Positions 16,262-22,677 of a DNA stretch of 22,677 nucleotides are shown here, in pieces. The stretch spans positions 1-22,677 of the forward strand of contig CAWJZV010000037.1 of assembly GCA_963847445.1 (NCBI GenBank). The letters run 5' to 3'. Both the position numbers and the translations under genes were made by a program. This DNA comes from an uncultured delta proteobacterium. Its GTDB lineage: Bacteria; Desulfobacterota; Binatia; UBA9968. How positions within the stretch are numbered: position 1 is the stretch's first letter; each line of letters begins with the position of its first letter. Under the pieces are notes generated by a model that worked only from the letters and a program-made list of their open reading frames with translations, searched no databases and was not told the origin of the DNA.

Positions 16262-18175
16262 TCAGTTATTGGCAGCCACCGCCACTAGCTCTAGAACCTG
16301 CCAGCGCGCATAGCAGGATTCCAACTCGCTTTTAACCGCTTCGATGCGGGCCATGGCCGCGGATATCTTTTCATTGCCCTGGCGGTAGAACTCCGGCTCG
16401 CCCATGCGCGCGTTGAGCTCCGCCGCCTCTGCCTCAAGGGCTTCAATTTTCTCCGGCAACGCCGTCAATTCACGCTGCTCTTTGTAGCTGAGCTTGCGCG
16501 GCTTTTCAGTTCGCTTGCTGTCAGCCGGTGGCGGCATCGCGACGCCATTGGTGCGCTTGCTTATGTCACTGGGTGCGTCGGGAATTTGCCGTTGGTAGCG
16601 CGCCCAGTCTTCGTAGCCGCCGGCGTATTCGTTGAACTTGCCGTCGCCTTCGAAGACCAGCGTGCTGGTGACGACATTGTCGAGAAAGGTGCGATCGTGG
16701 CTGACCAACAGGAGCGTGCCTTCGTATTCGGACAAGAGTTCTTCGAGCAGTTCCAAGGTGTCGACATCGAGGTCGTTGGTCGGCTCGTCGAGCACCATCA
16801 GATTGGCCGATTGAGTAAATAGTTTCGCCAACAGCAAACGGTTGCGCTCGCCGCCGGACAGCGCGTTCACCGGTGAGTCGATGCGCTGGGGCGGGAACAG
16901 AAAATCCTTCAAATAGCCGACCACATGGCGCGATCGGCCGCGCACGGTGACGATATCCGAATCGCTCAGGTTCGCGCGCACGGTTTTTTCCGGGTCGAGG
17001 GTGCGGCGATGCTGATCGAAGTAGGCCACCTGCAGCCGGGTGCCCAACAACACTTCCCCGGTGGTCGGCGCCAGCTCAGCCAGGATCAATTTGAGCAACG
17101 TGCTCTTGCCCGAACCATTGGGGCCGATGATGCCGACACGGTCGCCGCGCATTATTCTCGTCGAGAGCTCGCGAATGATCGCATTCTCACCATAGTGAAA
17201 CCCGACCCGGCGCAGGTCGACGACCAGCTTACCCGAGGACGCGCCGGCGTCGAGGGTGAAACGCGCCTTTCCCTGGGCATCCAGGCGGTCGGCCTTTTCT
17301 TTACGCAGAGCTTGAAGCTCGCGCACCCGGCCCTCGTTACGAGTGCGGCGAGCCTTGACCCCCCGGCGAATCCACGCCTCTTCCTCGGCGAGCTTTTTGT
17401 CGAACTTGGCCGAGGCCCGTTCCTCGATCGCCAAGAGCTCGTCTTTTTTCTGTAAGTAGCGATCGAAATCGCCGGGAAACGACGTGAGCTTGCCGCGGTC
17501 GAGCTCGACGATGCGCGTCGCTAAGCGCCGGACCAGAGTCCGGTCATGGGTAATGAACATCACCGCGCCTTGGTAATTGAGCAGATATCTTTCCAGCCAA
17601 TCGATGGCATTGATATCCAGATGGTTGGTCGGCTCATCGAGCAGCAATAAATCGGGCTCGCTGGCGAGTGCGCGGGCGAGCATCACCTGGCGGCGAATGC
17701 CGCCGGAACAATCGGCGAGCCGCTTATCCTCAGGCAGATTCAATCTCGTCAGCACGGTCTCGACTCTTTGATTGATGTTCCAGCCGCCCAGGGTCTCGAT
17801 CCTGGCTTGCAAGCGCGCCAGCTGCAGCAACGAGTCGCGATTCGCCAGTTGACCACCATGGGTTAGATTGTGATATTCCGCTAATAGCGCGCCGATCTCG
17901 CCGATGCCGCCGGCGACGACTTCGAAAACCGTTTGGTCGGTGTCGGGCGGCACTTCCTGTTCCAGGTGCGCTACGCGCAACGATTCGGCGCGCCAGATTT
18001 CGCCCTCATCCGGCAACAACTGCCCCGCGATCACGCGGAACAGCGTGGTCTTGCCGGTGCCGTTGCGCCCGACCAAACAGACCCGCTCGCCGGCGTCGAT
18101 CTGAAAACCAACCTGAGACAATAATGGAATATGGCCGTAGGCGTGGGAGATGTTATCGAGGCGAAACAGAGGCAT
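16262..18175 (-). CDS. uup: ABC-F family ATPase Uup
   Basis: Two ABC cassettes (GRNGTGKT, GPNGSGKS, two LDEPTN), linker WIRRGVKARRTRNEGRVR, C-terminal KLSYKEQREL coiled coil, no transmembrane segments. Confidence 0.93.
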   Translation of the reverse strand: MPLFRLDNISHAYGHIPLLSQVGFQIDAGERVCLVGRNGTGKTTLFRVIAGQLLPDEGEIWRAESLRVAHLEQEVPPDTDQTVFEVVAGGIGEIGALLAEYHNLTHGGQLANRDSLLQLARLQARIETLGGWNINQRVETVLTRLNLPEDKRLADCSGGIRRQVMLARALASEPDLLLLDEPTNHLDINAIDWLERYLLNYQGAVMFITHDRTLVRRLATRIVELDRGKLTSFPGDFDRYLQKKDELLAIEERASAKFDKKLAEEEAWIRRGVKARRTRNEGRVRELQALRKEKADRLDAQGKARFTLDAGASSGKLVVDLRRVGFHYGENAIIRELSTRIMRGDRVGIIGPNGSGKSTLLKLILAELAPTTGEVLLGTRLQVAYFDQHRRTLDPEKTVRANLSDSDIVTVRGRSRHVVGYLKDFLFPPQRIDSPVNALSGGERNRLLLAKLFTQSANLMVLDEPTNDLDVDTLELLEELLSEYEGTLLLVSHDRTFLDNVVTSTLVFEGDGKFNEYAGGYEDWARYQRQIPDAPSDISKRTNGVAMPPPADSKRTEKPRKLSYKEQRELTALPEKIEALEAEAAELNARMGEPEFYRQGNEKISAAMARIEAVKSELESCYARWQVLELVAVAANN

Positions 18176-18242
18176 GCTTGAATATGGTTTCCTATCGTGA
18201 CAGGGAAATTTTGCCGCACAGTCAGCGCGGGCTACGAAGCCA

Positions 18243-18539
18243 TTAGCGCATCAACGCCGCCGCCAAAGCGATCGCGGCAATCGTCGCGGTGGCGATCAGG
18301 GCGATGAGCAGAAATTGCACGGTCTTGCGCAGCCTGGCCAGTTGCGCCTGCAACACTGTGATCTGCACGTCCATGGTCGCGTTGAGTTCGTTTTGAATCT
18401 CGAAACCCTTCTCCAGCGCCGTTAGCCGATTCGCGCTGTCATCGGATCGCAGGTCGCCAAGCCGCCTACGTAGCGCTCCCACCGCCGCCGTCCCGCCGGC
18501 CACCACCAGCGGTCGCAATTTCGTCAATAACTGTCTCAT
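18243..18539 (-). CDS. Hypothetical protein with coiled coil and C-terminal transmembrane anchor
   Basis: 98-aa ORF with a heptad-like middle and a hydrophobic C-terminus; co-oriented with its neighbours. Confidence 0.65.
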   Translation of the reverse strand: MRQLLTKLRPLVVAGGTAAVGALRRRLGDLRSDDSANRLTALEKGFEIQNELNATMDVQITVLQAQLARLRKTVQFLLIALIATATIAAIALAAALMR

Positions 18540-18619
18540 CGCTAGGTTCTTGGTAGCACGGTCATGATTGGGATCTTACCCTAATCGCCGGCCGGGATAA
18601 ACTCGCCGCGTCGGTGTCT

Positions 18620-18739
18620 TTAGCGCAGGATATCGTTGATCAAGCTGTTGTCGAAGAATCCCTGGAGTCGAGGGATCCGTCCGTCACCTGAAAAAACGTT
18701 TTGAACGGCTTGCCGGCGATAAACGCAGGTCCCGAGCAT
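18620..18739 (-). pseudogene. Probable relic C-terminal fragment of a NitT/TauT substrate-binding protein gene
   Basis: Minus strand encodes ...AVQNVF...QGFFDNSLINDILR*, similar to FYDNSLVQELID at the C-termini of the intact paralogues in this window. Confidence 0.45.
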
Positions 18740-18777
18740 GCCGACGGAAAAGATTGGCAAGTTTTGAACAGCTAACT

Positions 18778-19311
18778 TTATGGATCGTGATAATTCATCG
18801 TGTTGTGTTGGATCGAGTTCATGAAATATAGCGCCAGCGGCCGGCTCGTCGCTTCTGCAGCCGCAAGCAGGCGCGCCGAAGTCTCATAACGGCGAAAGAA
18901 ATTCTGATAACCCAACCGTTCGTAAGCGCTCTGTTCGGGCAAACTGCTGGCGTAAATGATTCCCGAACGAGTCGCCCGCAGCGCTTGCGGCACGGCCTGC
19001 GCCAGCGGCAGACCCTGGCCGGCGTTGTTGCCGATGACGACGTAGTCTAGCGCGTCGGTTAACTCTGCCAGGGTTCTGACCATGCCATGCAGCGAGACCT
19101 CGTCCCAATTTCTCATTTCCGCTTTGCCCAGCGCCGCGTTCAACACCTTGGGATATCCGTCGGCAATTTGAAACACGCCGCCAATCTGGACGATGCGCGC
19201 CCAGGGCAGCGGCGGTTCGGTGACGAACTCGCCGACGGTGACTTCGTTGTCTAGGATCAGCGCGACAAACTGCTTGCTCCTCGCCTGCTGAAGCTGTGTA
19301 GCTAAATTCAT
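18778..19311 (-). CDS. Hypothetical protein (177 aa)
   Basis: Long ORF with AAGGAA before ATG 19311 and alpha/beta-like patterning (DYVVIGNNAGQGLPLA). No family recognised. Confidence 0.75.
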   Translation of the reverse strand: MNLATQLQQARSKQFVALILDNEVTVGEFVTEPPLPWARIVQIGGVFQIADGYPKVLNAALGKAEMRNWDEVSLHGMVRTLAELTDALDYVVIGNNAGQGLPLAQAVPQALRATRSGIIYASSLPEQSAYERLGYQNFFRRYETSARLLAAAEATSRPLALYFMNSIQHNTMNYHDP

Positions 19312-19365
19312 CTGAATATATTCCTTCCGAACTTTGTCGTCATCGAAACAACCAGATCCCATCAA

Positions 19366-19903
19366 ACCACGAAGCTCACGAGGGGTTTGGCAAAGGGCGC
19401 AGCGTGCTGCGCCCCTACAACTTTGTGCTACAACTTTGTGCTCTTCGTATTGCTATCCAAAAACTAACACCACCATGTTTGTCATATCGTGCGACTTTAA
19501 TATTCCGGGAGTCGAAGATTTTCGGATTCGGAAATTCCTCTCGCCAAGGCGCAAAGACGCCAAGTTCGAAGAGAAAACAATAGTACTCTTACAAACGGTC
19601 ATCATCACTATTTTATTTTCCGAGCTTTGCGAGCTTAGCGACTTTGCGAGAGATATTCCGAGTTTCGATTGCGGCTGTTCGCCTACAGGCGCACCTCTTT
19701 TCCCCCAGCGAAGTCTGGGGAAAAGCGTGTATTACCATGCCTCGAAGTTTACGCGGCTTGCGCAAATTGCCCGAGCGCCAAATCCAAGAGGGCGCCTTTC
19801 AAACCACGCCCCAACCAATCCCGATTCTTTTTTGCGTCCCTTGCGTTCTTTGCGGCCAATCTTCAATTCGGTTGCGGCAGAGCCGCGCCAGGTCCTTCGT
19901 GGT
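19366..19903. repeat. Nested composite palindromic element (copy C)
   Basis: Inverted ends ACCACGAAG/CTTCGTGGT. REP hairpin GGGCGCAGCGTGCTGCGCCCCTAC. CTCTCGCCAAGGCGCAAAG...CTTTGCGAGAG pair (~19538-19652). Hairpin ~19698-19725. ~150-bp tail shared with copies A and B. Confidence 0.86.
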
Positions 19904-19935
19904 AAACATCTTCTGCCGCATACGTCTAAACATCG

Positions 19936-21144
19936 CTATTCGTACAGACTCTTGATGAACCCGCTATCTTCGATGGACTTGAGGATAGTCGGATCGCTGA
20001 ACGATGCCGGGTCGGCAGATTTAGCTTTGGGAAACTCCTTGGCGATGGAGTCGAGCACCGTGCGTATGCCGCTCACGGAAGGATACGGCACGCGGTCGAA
20101 ATAGGTGTTGGCATACTGGTCGTAGGTGCGCTCGGCGTATTTCTCCTTGTCCGCCTCCATGCGCATTTTCTTCAGGATGATGCGGATGCTTTCCTTCTTG
20201 TTGCGCTTGAAATAGGCAATCCCTTCGACGTAGGCGCGCATCACTCGAGTCGCCTGATCACGGTTGCCGCGCAGGTAGCCGCGCGTCGACACCAGCATGC
20301 TTTGCAAATAGTGAATGTTCATCTTGGCGAGATCGGCTAAGACGCGGAAGCCATTGTCTTCGGCGATGAAATAGGACGGGTCGGTCAGCACCGCGCCGTC
20401 GACGACTTTCTTTTGCAAGCTCACCAGCATGGTCGGCGACGAACCGATCTGCAAGACGTTCAAATCCTCCTGGCGCAGGTTCCAATGATTGAGCAAGAGG
20501 GTCAGAACCGTATGGGATGCGGTGCCAAAGGCGGTAATGGCGATGCGCTTGCCTTTTAGGGCCTCTGGCGTATCGACATCCGGCCGCACCAGTAGCCGAT
20601 GCACGCCTTTGTTGTTGAGCGCGGCGATCATCGTCACATCGCTGCCTTTTAGCATGGAGCTAATCACCGGCCCGCCGCTGGCGCTGGCGAACTGGATATC
20701 GCCCGCCAATAAGGCGTTAATGCCACGTGCCGCCCCACCGCCGATAAAGATCGCCTCGACGTCGAGACCATGCTTTTTGAAAAAACCGCGTTCCTCGGCC
20801 ACCCATATGGCGCTATTGCTCGGGCTAAAAGCGCCCATGCCGATGCGAATCTTGTCCATCGCTTGGGCGTATTCTGGCGGGCTGATGAAGAACGCATTCA
20901 CCAAGAAGGACACGAAGAGCACGAAGGTCGGAAAATTACTTGACCGAAAACTTCGTGCTCGGGGCCTATGGTGAGCGTAGGTTTGTAGGATGTGGTGACC
21001 AAAGGGAACCGCATCGTTGGTAAGTCGCATTCGTTCGATGCGGTTCGCGGACTCACCACATCCTACGGGTTTCGCCATTTTGATTTTCCGCAGGTGTGCG
21101 TAATCACATGAAACACTTCGTGGTGAAAATGAATTTGTCATCAT
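19936..21144 (-). CDS. ABC transporter substrate-binding protein, NitT/TauT family; 5' end overlaps a repeat element, start codon uncertain
   Basis: Mature part AQA-MDKIRIG, IWVAEERGFFKKHGLDVE, ALLAGDIQF, LKGKRIAIT, PYPSVSGI, IEDSGFI. The frame is open back to ATG 21144, 6 bp after the upstream stop. Confidence 0.88.
   Translation of the reverse strand: MMTNSFSPRSVSCDYAHLRKIKMAKPVGCGESANRIERMRLTNDAVPFGHHILQTYAHHRPRARSFRSSNFPTFVLFVSFLVNAFFISPPEYAQAMDKIRIGMGAFSPSNSAIWVAEERGFFKKHGLDVEAIFIGGGAARGINALLAGDIQFASASGGPVISSMLKGSDVTMIAALNNKGVHRLLVRPDVDTPEALKGKRIAITAFGTASHTVLTLLLNHWNLRQEDLNVLQIGSSPTMLVSLQKKVVDGAVLTDPSYFIAEDNGFRVLADLAKMNIHYLQSMLVSTRGYLRGNRDQATRVMRAYVEGIAYFKRNKKESIRIILKKMRMEADKEKYAERTYDQYANTYFDRVPYPSVSGIRTVLDSIAKEFPKAKSADPASFSDPTILKSIEDSGFIKSLYE
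20897..21127. repeat. Nested composite palindromic element (copy D) inside the 5' end of the CDS
   Basis: Inverted ends TTCACCAAGAAG/CTTCGTGGTGAA. Inner GTAG-REP inverted pair GTAGGATGTGGTGA...TCACCACATCCTAC (20985-21066). 20897-20937 matches intergenic 295-335 at 37/41 nt as the reverse complement. Confidence 0.88.
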
Positions 21145-21150
21145 AATTGA

Positions 21151-21849
21151 TCAACTCGGCCAGTCGGCGAGCAGTTTGCCGTAACCTTGGATCGGCGCGC
21201 GGCGGCCCAATTGTGAAAGTATCTCCCAGAGCATCGCGGGATTGCTGGCGATGGCGGTGATCTTTAGGTCGTTCTCGATCTGTTGCAACACCGGCAATGG
21301 ATCGAGCACGGCGCCTTGAAAGTATATGGCATCGACAGAGCCGACTTCGGCCAACGCCTGAAGGGTGAGATCGTAGACCGCTGCCGGCCCCAAACGGCCG
21401 GCCTCGCCGATATTGGCGAATGACTTAGGCGCGCGCACTGAGAAACCGGCATCAGTCAAATATTCTTCGATCATGCCGTTCAAGCGGGTCTCGAATGGCG
21501 TCAGCAGCAGCAGATGCCTGGCGTCGTACTTTTGCAACGCATGCACCGACGCCGTCAAAGCGGTGGTCACGGGGATTCGCAGCGCCGCCTTGAGTTCCGC
21601 GAACAGTCCGGGATTCATCACCTCGGTGGGCGCGCCGATGAGTATGACCGCATGCCATTTCTTTGCAGCGGCAAGTTCACTGACGCGGCGCACGACTTGC
21701 TGTTTCTTGCCGGTGATTTCGTAAAGCGATTGGCCGAATAGTCCCAAGCCGTGAAAGTCGAACTGGACAAAGTCCGGCACCAGCTTCATGAAACCATCGT
21801 AATGCGGCCAGGTCGCCGGTCCAGGACTAACGAAACCGATATTGAGCAA
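21151..21849 (-). CDS. Asp/Glu racemase superfamily protein (maleate isomerase / arylmalonate decarboxylase-like), lacking cysteines
   Basis: IGFVSP, IPVTTALTA, LLTPF, DAIYF, IE-x2-L-x5-SNPAMLW, GYGKLL. The TTG start is uncertain. Confidence 0.85.
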   Translation of the reverse strand: MLNIGFVSPGPATWPHYDGFMKLVPDFVQFDFHGLGLFGQSLYEITGKKQQVVRRVSELAAAKKWHAVILIGAPTEVMNPGLFAELKAALRIPVTTALTASVHALQKYDARHLLLLTPFETRLNGMIEEYLTDAGFSVRAPKSFANIGEAGRLGPAAVYDLTLQALAEVGSVDAIYFQGAVLDPLPVLQQIENDLKITAIASNPAMLWEILSQLGRRAPIQGYGKLLADWPS

Positions 21850-21961
21850 TAGAGATTCGATCGGTCAATTCCTCGCTTCACTAGATCAATAGCATAGCGA
21901 GTCAAGAAAACCAGGTTCGGCGATGAGTTGTATTGTCGCCGAAGGCCGGGCTAAAGAGAGG

Positions 21962-22099
21962 CTAGCAGCCTGCTTAAAGACCAGTCGGAATGCTTCGAGT
22001 GCCTCGGCATGAACGGAAAATCATCGATGATTTCAACCCCCCTCCGTTCGTCCTGAGCGATGTCGAAGGACTCTGCGAGGGTTTTCAGCCACCTGCTAG
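21962..22099. repeat. MITE-like element with CTAG ends enclosing a CTTCGA...GAACGG / CCGTTC...TCGAAG palindrome
   Basis: CTAGCAGCCTGCT...AGCCACCTGCTAG inverted ends around an internal imperfect inverted repeat. Confidence 0.75.
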
Positions 22100-22128
22100 A
22101 AGAATAGCACCATAGGAGATTACTTTTC

Positions 22129-22677
22129 ATGACGAACTTAACCGACGCCCCCCTCGAAGATCGCCTAATCGAGCTCATGCGTCACCTTGGCATCGAGCGC
22201 GCACATTTCGCCGCCTGCATGCCGCGCGACTGGGTGGGACTGCTTAATCGTCACAAGAACGCGGTCGCATCGCTGACCCTGATGTGCCCTATGGGCATCG
22301 ACTTAGCGCCTATGTCCGCTGAACCGCCGCCGCTGCTCATCGTCACCGGCGACCAAGGACGCGGCGGACTCGACGCGATCAGAGATGGGCAAAAGATCGC
22401 CGGCTCGCGCTCGCTGATTCTAAAGAACTACTTTAGCCCGCCTTGGGCCGACCCGATTGGCGATCGGCGCGACGCCATCGGAATGGCGATGAGGGAATTT
22501 ATCGAAACCAATGCTCTCGGCGATACGCAGCGAATCGCAAAATTTTTGTCCCGGTCCGGCGAATGCGCCGGCATCACCTATTCCTGTCATGGCAGTGGCG
22601 AGCCCCTGTTGCTCATGCCGCTGGCGCTCTCCCCTTCCCAGTGGCAACCGCTCATCGAGCAGTTCGGCGAAAAATTT
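22129..22677 (+). CDS. Partial (3'-truncated) protein with an alpha/beta-hydrolase-like N-terminal region
   Basis: Absent from the ORF track because it has no stop in the window. AGGAGA precedes ATG 22129 and 183 open codons follow: MTNLTDAPLEDRLIELMRHLGIERAHF...PLLIVTGDQG...GITYSCHGSGEPLLLMPLALSPSQWQPLIEQF. Confidence 0.85.
   Translation, partial: MTNLTDAPLEDRLIELMRHLGIERAHFAACMPRDWVGLLNRHKNAVASLTLMCPMGIDLAPMSAEPPPLLIVTGDQGRGGLDAIRDGQKIAGSRSLILKNYFSPPWADPIGDRRDAIGMAMREFIETNALGDTQRIAKFLSRSGECAGITYSCHGSGEPLLLMPLALSPSQWQPLIEQFGEKF

Noticed and set aside
19334-20104. 256-aa plus-strand ORF, and similar ORFs at 48-296, 2039-2443 and 11169-11498
   Set aside because: They translate repeat DNA (VIPAHAGI, FAFFA, LRSLR peptides) and/or run antisense to real genes, with no protein-family features.
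118-21127. Repeats as a CRISPR array or integron attC sites
   Set aside because: The repeats are dispersed, degenerate and nested, with no regular repeat-spacer period. There are no cas or intI genes and no cassette organisation.
22420-22647. 75-aa minus-strand ORF
   Set aside because: It is antisense to the RBS-supported plus-strand gene starting at 22129.

Overview
GC-rich bacterial chromosomal segment. My inference from the many solitary NitT/TauT-type substrate-binding proteins and the repeat types is an uncultured deltaproteobacteria-like lineage such as Binatia; this is not verified. It holds about 22 CDSs and no rRNA, tRNA, CRISPR array or transposase. A XerCD dif site at 7579-7606 sits between convergent gene blocks, so this is probably the replication terminus. 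Left of dif are a coupled NRDE/TANGO2 + NUDT19-like NUDIX pair (-) and a MoxR AAA+ / CoxE-like VWA / miaB / DUF151 / TPR block (+). Right of dif is a catabolic-looking cluster: three substrate-binding proteins and two ornithine-cyclodeaminase paralogues, divergent from a Ltp2-like thiolase + DUF35 pair. Further right are a SnoaL-like gene with an internal stop, a small Cys-rich protein, uup, hypotheticals, a fourth substrate-binding protein, a cysteine-free Asp/Glu-racemase-superfamily protein and a truncated, apparently circularly permuted alpha/beta-hydrolase-like gene. Single-base indels are concentrated at about 5550-8150 and are probably sequencing or assembly errors. The most unusual signal is a family of nested, modular palindromic elements (about 140-540 bp) in many intergenic gaps. 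One copy lies in frame at the 5' end of a substrate-binding protein gene and appears to supply its signal-peptide hydrophobic core.
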